DNA of 32,000 nt from contig NC_014972.1 of the NCBI RefSeq assembly GCF_000186885.1, positions 1,800,001-1,832,000 on the forward strand, in the 5' to 3' direction. The stretch comes from Desulfobulbus propionicus DSM 2032. Its GTDB lineage: Bacteria > Desulfobacterota > Desulfobulbia > Desulfobulbales > Desulfobulbaceae. Made by a program: the position numbers and the translations under genes. Within the stretch, counting starts at the first letter, position 1. Every line of letters begins with the position of its first letter. The notes below the pieces were generated by a model that did not search any database, was not told the DNA's origin, and was given only the letters and a program-made list of their open reading frames with translations. This document shows positions 17,249 to 25,964 of the stretch, piece by piece.

Positions 17249-17278
17249 GCCGCCGGATCCCTCCGGCGGCTTTTTTTT
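17249..17278 (+). terminator. Rho-independent terminator downstream of lpxC
   Basis: GCCGCCGGA-tccc-TCCGGCGGC perfect 9-bp stem followed by a T-run. Confidence 0.9.
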
Positions 17279-17309
17279 GCCCCGGAGCAACGCGGTTTAG
17301 GTTCTGCGG

Positions 17310-17338
17310 TTGTCGGCCCGGAGGAAGATGCGTATAAT
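17310..17338 (+). promoter_or_regulatory. Predicted sigma70-type promoter for proC-nadK
   Basis: TTGTCG, 17-bp spacer, TATAAT (17333-17338), about 50 nt upstream of the proC start and downstream of the lpxC terminator. Confidence 0.55.
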
Positions 17339-17388
17339 AGCACGTTATTGCCTCTTCGTTCCCATTGTATCGTTCTCACAGGAGAAAT

Positions 17389-18204
17389 ATGCGTTCATCG
17401 ATAGACACCCTTGGTTTTGTCGGCGGCGGTCAGATGGCCGAGGCCATGATCCGCGGCATTGTGGCCAGTGGCCTAACCACCGCGGAGAAGATAATGGTCG
17501 CGGAACCGTCGGTGTTCCGCCGAGATGCCCTGCTCAATCAATACGGGGTGGTCTGTACCAGCGAGGCGGAAATGCTCTGCCACTCCTGCAAGGTCCTGGT
17601 GCTGGCAATCAAGCCCCAGCTCGCGGCCACGGTGCTGGCCGAGTACCGCCCCTTCCTCACCTCCGAACACCTGGTGATCTCGATCATGGCCGGCGTGACC
17701 CTGCACACCCTGGCAGGATGGCTTGGTGACACAATTCGTCTGATCCGGGTGATGCCCAACACGCCGGCCCTGGTGCTGGCGGGCGCCACCGCCTTCAGTC
17801 CCAACCATCATGTCACTGATCAGGATCGGAAAACCGCGTCAGCGCTCTTTTCCGCCGTGGGCTCCTGCGTCGAGGTGCCGGAGAGCCAGCTGGACGCGGT
17901 CACCGGCCTGAGCGGCAGCGGTCCGGGCTACGTGTTCACCTTTATCGAGGCCATGATCGATGGCGGCGTGCTCGCCGGCCTGCCCCGGCCGGTGGCCGAG
18001 CAGCTGGTCTTGCAGACTGTCTACGGTTCGGCCAAGCTGGCCCTGGAGACCGGCGACCATCCGGCGGTGTTGAAAGGCAAGGTGACCTCGCCTGGCGGCA
18101 CCACCATCGCCGGGATTCAGGTGTTGGAGGATGGCGCCCTGCGGGGCGTGGTCATGGGGGCGATCGAGGCGGCCACCGAACGTTCGCGGGAGTTGGGCGC
18201 ATGA
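17389..18204 (+). CDS. proC: Pyrroline-5-carboxylate reductase
   Basis: LGFVGGGQMAEAMIRGIV, VIKPQ-like AIKPQLAATVL, RVMPNTPALVLAGATAFSP, TGLSGSGPGYVFTFIEAMIDGGV, SPGGTTIAGIQVLE. AGGAG SD before ATG 17389. Confidence 0.96.
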   Translation: MRSSIDTLGFVGGGQMAEAMIRGIVASGLTTAEKIMVAEPSVFRRDALLNQYGVVCTSEAEMLCHSCKVLVLAIKPQLAATVLAEYRPFLTSEHLVISIMAGVTLHTLAGWLGDTIRLIRVMPNTPALVLAGATAFSPNHHVTDQDRKTASALFSAVGSCVEVPESQLDAVTGLSGSGPGYVFTFIEAMIDGGVLAGLPRPVAEQLVLQTVYGSAKLALETGDHPAVLKGKVTSPGGTTIAGIQVLEDGALRGVVMGAIEAATERSRELGA

Positions 18205-19064
18205 AGATCGGCCATGCGGGAATCGTCACCCGTCCAGACAGTCCGGAGGTGGAGCAGATCGGCCGCGAGGTGATCGCTTGGTTTGCCGAGCGGGGAATCA
18301 AGGCGGAACTGAACCGGATCGACGCGGCCATGGACGTGCTGATCGTGCTCGGAGGCGACGGCACCCTGCTCCATGTGGCCGGCGAGGCCAGCCGCCATCA
18401 GCTGCCGGTGCTCGGGGTCAATCTCGGCAACCTCGGTTTCCTCACCGAGGTGGCGGCCGACGAGATGTATGAGGCCCTGGAAACCTTGCTGTTCGAGGAT
18501 GAGGTGCGGATGGAGCGGCGGATCATGCTCACCGCCGCCTTCATCAACGGCGCCACCGGCCAGAAAAGCCCATCGGTCCACGCCCTCAACGAGGTGGTGA
18601 TCGTCAAGAAGAGCACCGAGGCCATGATCCGCCTGCGCTGCTGGGCCGATCGGGAATATGTCACCACCTACCGCGCCGACGGTCTGATCATGGCCACGCC
18701 CACCGGTTCGACCGCCTACAACCTCTCGGCCGGCGGGCCGGTGGTCCACGCCGAGCTCGACGCCATCGTTGTCACCCCCATCTGTCCCTTCATGCTCGAA
18801 TCACGGCCGGTGCTACTGGGCTCGCAGCACAAGGTCACCACCCAGCTGCTGGCTCCTGCCGGTCAGGTCAAGGTGATCGTCGACGGCGAGCTGCAGTGGA
18901 CCATCACCGAAAACGACTATCTGCTGGTGCAGAAGGCCTCCAAGCCGCTGCTGATCATCAGCTCGCCGTGGAAGAGCTATTTCAATATCCTCCGCAGCAA
19001 GCTCAACTGGGGCGGCGCCAGCGTCGACCTGCCGCTGCCGGAAAAGGTCTGCAAACACTGCTGA
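18201..19064 (+). CDS. nadK: NAD(+) kinase
   Basis: VLGGDGTLLHVAG, LGVNLGNLGFLTEV, NEVVIVKKSTEAMI, DGLIMATPTGSTAYNLSAGGPVVH; ATGA overlap with proC. Confidence 0.94.
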   Translation: MKIGHAGIVTRPDSPEVEQIGREVIAWFAERGIKAELNRIDAAMDVLIVLGGDGTLLHVAGEASRHQLPVLGVNLGNLGFLTEVAADEMYEALETLLFEDEVRMERRIMLTAAFINGATGQKSPSVHALNEVVIVKKSTEAMIRLRCWADREYVTTYRADGLIMATPTGSTAYNLSAGGPVVHAELDAIVVTPICPFMLESRPVLLGSQHKVTTQLLAPAGQVKVIVDGELQWTITENDYLLVQKASKPLLIISSPWKSYFNILRSKLNWGGASVDLPLPEKVCKHC

Positions 19065-19092
19065 TTTTCTTGATGTCGTCCATCCTCCAGCC

Positions 19093-21621
19093 CTATCCGG
19101 GCTGGTTCCTGCGTTTCCCCCCCCTGGTGGCTTCGGCGACCAGGGGGTCATCGGGCCAAAAGTGCTTGGGGTAGCGGCCCTTGAGTTCCTTTTTCACCTC
19201 CGTGTAGCCCCGCCGCCAGAATCCGGCCAAATCGGTGGTCACCTGAATGGGTCGCCGGGCCGGGCTGAGCAAGTGGAGCACCAGTGCCAGCTGGCCGTCG
19301 CAGACCGTGGGCGTCTTGCTCTGGCCGAACATTTCCTGAATGCGCACCGCCAAGATCGGCGGTCCATCGAGGCGGTAGTCGATACGGATCCTTGATCCGC
19401 TGGGCGCGGTGAAGGTCTCCGGCGCCAGCCGTGCCAGCCGCTGCTGCCCCTCCCATCCCAGCATACTGGCCAAGATCCCCTTGAGGTTGATCCGGGTCAG
19501 CTGGTCGGCCCGGGTGATGCCGTTCAGGTACGGTTCCAGCCAGCCAAGATCGCGAAAAAGCGCTTCGTCGCTCACCTCCGGCCAACCTGCCTGCGGTTGC
19601 CAGGCACGGACGGAGTGGATCCGCGCCTGCAGCTGCCGCGATTCCCGATCCCAGGGCAGACAGCCGCTGCCCATCCGAGCGATGCCCTCCATCAGGGCGG
19701 CCCGGCCGGCCTCTGGATCGATGTCCGCGAGCGGGCTTTCCTCGACGATAATCGCCCCCACGCGTACCTGCCGGACCGCCATCACCCTGGCGCTGGCCGT
19801 GTCCCAGCACACCCGCTGCTCGGTGGTCAGCAGTTGACGATGCTGCTCGCGGATGTCCGCAATCTCCACTCCTTCGGCGAGAAAAATTTTTCCTTCCCTG
19901 GAGCCGGCATCGACATGCGGCACCACCAGGTACTCGTTGGTGGCCAGCGGATCGGCCGGATCCAGGAGGACTCCGCGGCCGTTGGCCAGTTGGTAGCGGC
20001 CTCGTTGCCCCGGCCGCCTACGGGCGATGCATTCGGGATAGGCATGCACAAGCAGGGCGGCAACGGCTAACGGGTCATGGCCGGTCGGTGGGCAGCCAAG
20101 CAGTTGCCGCCATTGGCCGGCCGCTTGATCAATCCGGCGGCAACGCTGGGGATCGATGCCCCCCTCACGCGCCGCCCGCTCGCCTTTGTCGCGCCACTGG
20201 GCTAAAAGAGTGAGCCGTACGCCAAGATCGGCCGAGGCCTGGGGATGATCCCGTGGCAGCAGGTCTCGTTCCGAGAGCAGGGCCGCCAGGTCGCAGGCCA
20301 GGGCACCCTGGCCATTCTCCCTCGCGATGAGCAGCATGCGCCCCAAACGCGGATGCAGGGGCAGGCCGGCCATCTGCCGCCCCAGGGAAGTGACGCGGCC
20401 AGACTCATCGATCGCCTCCAAGGCCCGAAGCAATAGTCGGGCCTGCTGCAGGGCGCCGCTGCGGGGCTGATCGAGCCAGCGCAGTTCGCCGGCGTCAAAA
20501 ACACCCCACAGGGCCAGTTCCAGGGCCAGCGGGGCGAGGTCGGCATGCACTATTTCCGGAGGATGAAAGGCTGGTAGGCTGTGGTGCTCCTCCCTGGTCC
20601 ACAGACGCAGACAGTGGCCTGGGCCGAGACGTCCCGCCCGCCCAGCCCGCTGGCGCGCCGAGGCTCGGGAAACCCGGACCGTGGTCAGCCTGCTCAACCC
20701 GCTACCTGGATCAAAGGTGGGCCGCCGTGACCAGCCGCTGTCAACCACGCACCCCACGCCCTCGATGGTCAGGCTGGTTTCGGCGATCGAGGTGGCGAGA
20801 ATGATCCGCCTCCTGCCTTGCGGATCGGCGAGCAAGGCGCGGTCTTGTTCCTTTTGGGGCAGGTCACCGAACAGCGGCAGGATCAGCAGGTCGCGGCAGG
20901 ACGGATCTCCGGCGAGCAGGTGAAGAGCGTCCCTGATTTCGCCTGCGCCGGGGAGAAAGGCCAGCATATCGCCCTGCTGTCGCGGCAGTGCCTGGAGGAT
21001 GCCTTGGGCGGTGATTGCGCCGATCCGTCCTCGGGGTGGCCGCTGCAGATAATCGATGCCCACCTGGTGCTCGGCCCCCTCGGCGACAACGACGGGTGCC
21101 TCGCCCAACAACCGGGCGATCGCTTCGGTCTCCAGGGTGGCGGACATCACCAGCAGGCGCAGGTCGTCCCTGAGTTGGCAGAGATCAAGGCACAGGGCCA
21201 GGGCCAGGTCGGCGTGGAGGGAGCGCTCGTGGAACTCGTCGAAGATGACTAGCCCCACGTCGGCAAGGGCGGCGTCGTGCTGGAGTCGCCGGGTAAGGAT
21301 GCCTTCGGTGACCACCTCGATGCGGGTCTGCGGCGAGATGCAACGGTCAAAACGGATCTGGTACCCCACGCGCTGGCCGAGTCGCTCGCCGAGCAGGGCG
21401 GCCATCCGGGAAGCCGCTGCCCTGGCCGCCAACCGGCGGGGTTCGAGGAGGATGATCTTCCTGTTGGCCAGCCAAGGCTCGTCGAGCAGGGCAAGGGGCA
21501 CAATGGTGGTTTTGCCCGAGCCCGGCGGCGCGGCCAGGACCGCCGAACCGGCTGCCAAGGCATGTTTGATCCGGGGCAGGGCCGAATCAATCGGCAGGGA
21601 CGCGAAAGGGGAGGAAGGCAT
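19093..21621 (-). CDS. hrpB: ATP-dependent helicase HrpB (DEAH-type)
   Basis: LAAPPGSGKTTIVPLALL, LEPRRLAARAAASRMA, VTEGILTRRL, VIFDEFHERSLHADL, ILATSIAETSLTIEGVGCVVDSG, QRAGRAGRLGPGHCLRLW. Confidence 0.95.
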   Translation of the reverse strand: MPSSPFASLPIDSALPRIKHALAAGSAVLAAPPGSGKTTIVPLALLDEPWLANRKIILLEPRRLAARAAASRMAALLGERLGQRVGYQIRFDRCISPQTRIEVVTEGILTRRLQHDAALADVGLVIFDEFHERSLHADLALALCLDLCQLRDDLRLLVMSATLETEAIARLLGEAPVVVAEGAEHQVGIDYLQRPPRGRIGAITAQGILQALPRQQGDMLAFLPGAGEIRDALHLLAGDPSCRDLLILPLFGDLPQKEQDRALLADPQGRRRIILATSIAETSLTIEGVGCVVDSGWSRRPTFDPGSGLSRLTTVRVSRASARQRAGRAGRLGPGHCLRLWTREEHHSLPAFHPPEIVHADLAPLALELALWGVFDAGELRWLDQPRSGALQQARLLLRALEAIDESGRVTSLGRQMAGLPLHPRLGRMLLIARENGQGALACDLAALLSERDLLPRDHPQASADLGVRLTLLAQWRDKGERAAREGGIDPQRCRRIDQAAGQWRQLLGCPPTGHDPLAVAALLVHAYPECIARRRPGQRGRYQLANGRGVLLDPADPLATNEYLVVPHVDAGSREGKIFLAEGVEIADIREQHRQLLTTEQRVCWDTASARVMAVRQVRVGAIIVEESPLADIDPEAGRAALMEGIARMGSGCLPWDRESRQLQARIHSVRAWQPQAGWPEVSDEALFRDLGWLEPYLNGITRADQLTRINLKGILASMLGWEGQQRLARLAPETFTAPSGSRIRIDYRLDGPPILAVRIQEMFGQSKTPTVCDGQLALVLHLLSPARRPIQVTTDLAGFWRRGYTEVKKELKGRYPKHFWPDDPLVAEATRGGKRRNQPG

Positions 21622-21832
21622 GGGGGATCACCAAAAAAACGGGCAGAGGCGGCAGGTCGATACAGTTGGCGGCGGAACGAATCAGGACAGCTCCAGGAAA
21701 TCAGGGGCCAGTGGTCCTGGCGGTCATTTTTTGCATCCGTCAGGAGCAAAAGCGGGTATGGTGGGGGATCGTCCGTTCAGGCCCTGTTGTCCCGGTCCTG
21801 CCTCCCGCCAATCTTTGCGACCACGGATTACC

Positions 21833-23062
21833 ATGTCAACCGACACTCCACGGCTCCCGTCGGCCGAAACGTTCAACCGGGCCTTTGCCCTGGCCTGTAC
21901 CGCCCATGACGCCGGACGCCTGGCCGAGGCCAGGGAAGGTTATTTGCGGCTGCTGGCTGCTGCGCCTCGTTCGATGCTGCTTCACTACAACCTCGGGTTG
22001 GTGCAGTACGGCCTCCACCAGTTCGACCAGGCGTTGAGTTCCTTTTCCCAGGCCGCCAGTCTCGGCCCCGAGGACAACGATGTCCTGTTCAACCTTGCCC
22101 TGTGCCAGAAGGAAACCGGTGATCTGGCCGCCGCCGTTGCCACCTATCAGCGGATTTTAGCCGCCGCCCCGGATCATGCCGACTGCCTGTACAACCTCGG
22201 CGGCTGTTACCGGACACTCCACGACGATGTCCAGGCCATGGCCTGCTACCATCGGGTGCTGGCGGTGGCGCCCGGCTATCATCAGGCAGCCAACAACCTG
22301 GCCTACCTCTACCACCGTGCCGGCGAGATCGAGCAGGCGGTCCGCTACTACAGTCAAGTGTACGAATCCCGGCCCGACGACGAGTCGGTCGGCTACATGC
22401 TGGCGGCCCTGCTCGGCGTTCCGCTCGACCACGCGCCCGATGCCTATGTGCGCGGTTTTTTCGATGCCTATGCCGAGCACTTTGAGCAGAGCCTGGTGGA
22501 GAAACTGGGCTACGACAATCCGCGCTGCCTCTACGAGTGCCTGTGCGCGTGCGGAGAAACGCGGACCGAATATGACCACGGGCTTGATCTCGGCTGCGGC
22601 ACCGGCTTGAGCGGTCTGTCGTTCAAGCGCAGGGTAACGGCCCTGGACGGGGTCGACCTGTCACCCCGGATGCTGGACCACGCCAAAGGTAAGGGATGCT
22701 ATGCCCATCTGTACGCGGACAGCATCGACCACTACCTGCATGCCACCAGCGAGACCTACGATCTGTTTCTGGCCACCGATGTTTTTATCTATGTCGGCGA
22801 ACTGCTTGAGCTCTTCACCGCAGCCCAGGCCGTTGCCCGGCCCCAAGCCCTTTTCTGTTTTTCCACCGAGCACCTGGAAGCGGAGGGGTATCAACTGCTG
22901 CCCACCGGTCGCTTCGCCTATTCGACCAACTATATCCATGCGATTGCGGCCGGCACCGGCTGGACCGTGCTTACTCGGCAGCCGACCCGTCTGCGCCGGG
23001 AGCGCGATGCCTGGATCAATGGCGATTTGTGGATTCTTCGTCTCGCTCCAGCTGCCGTTTGA
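21833..23062 (+). CDS. TPR-repeat protein fused to an SAM-dependent methyltransferase domain
   Basis: Several TPR units (LHYNLGLVQYGLHQFDQALSSFSQAASLGPEDNDVLFNLALCQKETGDLAAAVATYQRILAAAP...) then GLDLGCGTGLSGLSFKRR...LDGVDLSPRMLDHAKGKG. Confidence 0.88.
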   Translation: MSTDTPRLPSAETFNRAFALACTAHDAGRLAEAREGYLRLLAAAPRSMLLHYNLGLVQYGLHQFDQALSSFSQAASLGPEDNDVLFNLALCQKETGDLAAAVATYQRILAAAPDHADCLYNLGGCYRTLHDDVQAMACYHRVLAVAPGYHQAANNLAYLYHRAGEIEQAVRYYSQVYESRPDDESVGYMLAALLGVPLDHAPDAYVRGFFDAYAEHFEQSLVEKLGYDNPRCLYECLCACGETRTEYDHGLDLGCGTGLSGLSFKRRVTALDGVDLSPRMLDHAKGKGCYAHLYADSIDHYLHATSETYDLFLATDVFIYVGELLELFTAAQAVARPQALFCFSTEHLEAEGYQLLPTGRFAYSTNYIHAIAAGTGWTVLTRQPTRLRRERDAWINGDLWILRLAPAAV

Positions 23063-23077
23063 ACAAAGAATCCCACC

Positions 23078-24313
23078 TTACGGAAACAGCGGCTGATTGA
23101 AGGGGCCAAAGCCGCTGAGGCAGTCATCCTCCACCTGCTGAGCGATCTGGGTTCCCCAGACCGAAGAGTACTCGGGATCGAAATAGACCAGCTCCACGGT
23201 TTCACGGATGTGTTCGATGCCGATCCGACCGCCTTGGCTGTTTTCGTAGCGCAGCAAGGCTTGCTCCGCAGCCTGGGGTGTTTCGCCGTCATCCCGCATC
23301 CAGGCCGTGGTGGTGAACATCTCGCCGACTGTGCGGCACAGGGATTCCCGGCCGCTTGGCCCGGCCGGTTTCGTTTCCTGGAGAGATGGGGCCTGAAGGG
23401 CCGCAGAGGACGGTTGGCACCGACCCCAGATCACCCCCGATCCGGTCGTGGCGGAATCGCCGGGTGTCATGCACCAACCGAGATCCTGCAACCGCTGAGC
23501 GTTGACCCGCATCTGCCGGCAAGCGTCGTCAGCCGCCGGTCCGACCGTGTCCCAGCACAGGTGGGTCAGATCCTGGTCACGGTCGATCAGCGCCTGAATC
23601 TCGGGGCTGATGGCCACGATGCGCGCCGAATCCTCGCCGGGAGATGGCGCGGGTGCTGCTTGCCAGCCGCCGCTGGAACCAACGGCTTGCGCGCTCGGTG
23701 AACCTGGCGGCGCCTGCGGTGGAGCATCCTCCTGCGGCAACGAGGCCCGGTCGAGCGCTGTTTCCTGCTCTTCCGGGCGTTCCGTTTGCCGTGTATCCGC
23801 CTCCCCGGGTTGCTCGGTCCGGGCTTGCGGGGGCGCAACGGCGGCAACCGGCTTTTTCGCCTTCATGAACAGAAAACCGGATTCCGATCCTTTGTTGTAG
23901 GACAGGACAATACTGCTGATGTCCCCGGTCCAGCTGTACATTTCCTCGCCATTTTGCTCGATTTTCTTGCGGTCGCCGAAACGGGCAAAAGCCTCGGTCT
24001 TCATCGCGGCAAAATTTTTGTTTCCGGCAAAAAGCAGGATCACGCCCTGCAACCGCTGGTGCGTGAAGGTGCAGGAGATGCCGCTGAGGGTAGCCTTGCC
24101 AAAGCGCAGGTCCTCGTTTTGCAGGGCATAGAGGGTCTCGCCATTGGCGTCGGTTTCCTTGGTGAGAACCAGCTGTTTCGTCCGTTGCAGGTCGTTGAGC
24201 GCGCTGCCCCAGCGCATGCCCTTGAATCCATCGACATCGGCCAGGGCCGCGAGGGATGTCACGGACACGATCAGACCAAGAAGAACAAGAGACAGCGTGC
24301 GGAAACAATTCAT
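23078..24313 (-). CDS. Hypothetical secreted protein
   Basis: N-terminal signal peptide (MNCFRTLSLVLLGLIVSVTSLAALA), a conserved-looking FKGMRWGS... region and a Pro/Gln-rich linker. Confidence 0.7.
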   Translation of the reverse strand: MNCFRTLSLVLLGLIVSVTSLAALADVDGFKGMRWGSALNDLQRTKQLVLTKETDANGETLYALQNEDLRFGKATLSGISCTFTHQRLQGVILLFAGNKNFAAMKTEAFARFGDRKKIEQNGEEMYSWTGDISSIVLSYNKGSESGFLFMKAKKPVAAVAPPQARTEQPGEADTRQTERPEEQETALDRASLPQEDAPPQAPPGSPSAQAVGSSGGWQAAPAPSPGEDSARIVAISPEIQALIDRDQDLTHLCWDTVGPAADDACRQMRVNAQRLQDLGWCMTPGDSATTGSGVIWGRCQPSSAALQAPSLQETKPAGPSGRESLCRTVGEMFTTTAWMRDDGETPQAAEQALLRYENSQGGRIGIEHIRETVELVYFDPEYSSVWGTQIAQQVEDDCLSGFGPFNQPLFP

Positions 24314-24335
24314 GATCTCTATCCCAGCCGCATTG

Positions 24336-25046
24336 TCAGCGGCGGCGGCCGTCTTTACTGGCGCGAATGCTTGGAGTGACGATCAGGGCGATCCGTTCGC
24401 TGGCCGCCTTGGACAGGTGCGGGTACTGCTCGCGCAGCCAGACCAGAATACTCGCCTTGTGGGTCGCGGCCGTCGCCGGTTCTGCCCCCGCGAACAGGGC
24501 GGCCCAGCAGGCATTAGCCGCCTGGAGTTCCTGGGCGAAACAGGGATGATCGGGTGTGTTGCCCAGCGCCTCCCCCCTGATTGCCGGCTGGTGGTCGGTT
24601 AAATCGGTCGCGGCCGTACTCCGCGGTTCGATGCGGTGGGTGGTTTCGTGGTTGATCACCTCGTTGAGCCGCGCAAAAAGGCGCATCGGGTTGAGCGCGA
24701 GCATGCTGGTTTCACCCCATTCCTCGCCGACCGAATTGCTGACCGCGATCTCCTTGCCTTTGTCGTCCACGCAAAGAATTTCGGCACCAATCAGCATGCG
24801 GTCAAGGCGCCCTTGCACCTGCCGCAGCACTTCGTGTTGAAGCCGCATTTCGACCTGGGCGCTGGGTTGCGGCGCGGCCGGTTTCTTTTTCTTGCCACCA
24901 TCTCGTTTCTCGATAAACACATCGAAAAATTCGATCCACAGATCTATTGTGCCGGCCAGAGCCATTTCCACAATCTGCTCCGCGCTTGTCCGCCACCGGG
25001 CACGCAGGTCACCGAGATACACACGCTGATTTTCCGGGGTTGTCAT
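24336..25046 (-). CDS. Hypothetical cytoplasmic protein
   Basis: 236-aa ORF, polar, Lys-rich patch GKKKKP, C-terminal AATHKASILVWLREQYPHLSKAASERIALIVTP. Confidence 0.6.
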   Translation of the reverse strand: MTTPENQRVYLGDLRARWRTSAEQIVEMALAGTIDLWIEFFDVFIEKRDGGKKKKPAAPQPSAQVEMRLQHEVLRQVQGRLDRMLIGAEILCVDDKGKEIAVSNSVGEEWGETSMLALNPMRLFARLNEVINHETTHRIEPRSTAATDLTDHQPAIRGEALGNTPDHPCFAQELQAANACWAALFAGAEPATAATHKASILVWLREQYPHLSKAASERIALIVTPSIRASKDGRRR

Positions 25047-25357
25047 ACCAAATCCTTTTGTTTGTCAATTGGTTGTACCATGACGTAATCGCACCCACCC
25101 GCCGGTTCTGCTCGAAACGTCCTCGCGGACATGCCCAACAGGGCACCACCAAATCGCTCTCTTGGCCAACCCGGGAAATGGGTTCCATTTTTTTCGCATC
25201 GCCTGCCAGGTCAGGCTCGGAGCGGCCGGCAGCACGCAATTCATCAAGGTAGCAAGATCGGGTAGGGAAGGGCAACTAAAATCCTTTGTGCTCCCCCGGT
25301 GGCGGTGCGCTCCTGTTTCGACGCGGTTGGTTGTCGACCAGGGGGGCAGGATGCGGG

Positions 25358-25816
25358 TCAGTTTGGCCGTAGGTCGAGTTGGATGTAGTTGAGGTCCAGT
25401 TGGTCTCCACCCTCGCCACCTACCTCGATCAGCAGACGATCCTGGGTTTCGACAAAGGCAAAGGGTCGGTGGCCATTGGCCTCCAAGACATCCAAGAACA
25501 GGGGATAGAAAAAATCGTTGGTCTGCCCTTGGGGATCATAGGCAAACCGTACGCCGAAGACCGGATATTGACCCTCCCGGCACAGTTGAACCCATTGCAG
25601 TTCGGTTTTTGGCCGCTGACGCACTATTTCCAGGGCAGGCGATTTCCAGGCGCGTGCATCCACGGGGTGACAATCGCGGCCGAGCTGCTGGCTGAGGTCG
25701 AGAGGCGGCTCGGCGCTGGCTGCAAGGGAGGGCAATACCACAAGCAGCAGGAGCAGCAGCGATGTCTTGGCGTCTGGGCATCGTCTATTCAGCAGGGATC
25801 TGGCCGACAAAAACAT
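25358..25816 (-). CDS. Small secreted hypothetical protein downstream of the papain autotransporter
   Basis: ATG at 25816 with GAGAGGA upstream; signal peptide KTSLLLLLLVVLPSLAASA followed by a ~115-aa mature domain. Confidence 0.65.
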   Translation of the reverse strand: MFLSARSLLNRRCPDAKTSLLLLLLVVLPSLAASAEPPLDLSQQLGRDCHPVDARAWKSPALEIVRQRPKTELQWVQLCREGQYPVFGVRFAYDPQGQTNDFFYPLFLDVLEANGHRPFAFVETQDRLLIEVGGEGGDQLDLNYIQLDLRPN

Positions 25817-25964
25817 GGGGGTTCCTCTCGAAAAAACGGTTGATGGGACCCTGCCGCCACAGCGACCCACCCCAGGATGGGTCTGCTTTCAGGCATTGGG
25901 CAGGGCGTGTTTGCCAGGGGCGTCTTTCCGTTACCCTGTTTGGCGGGTTCGGACAAGCTGGAAA

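Noticed and set aside
21056-23062. 668-aa version of the TPR-methyltransferase ORF
   Set aside because: The first part is antisense to hrpB and low complexity; the real start is MSTDTPRLPSAETFNRAF at 21833.
25009-25275. 88-aa ORF (DELRAAGRSEPDLAGDAKKMEP...) upstream of the 24336..25046 gene
   Set aside because: No recognisable family, overlaps the start of the next gene, and no convincing SD; could be a remnant but unsupported.
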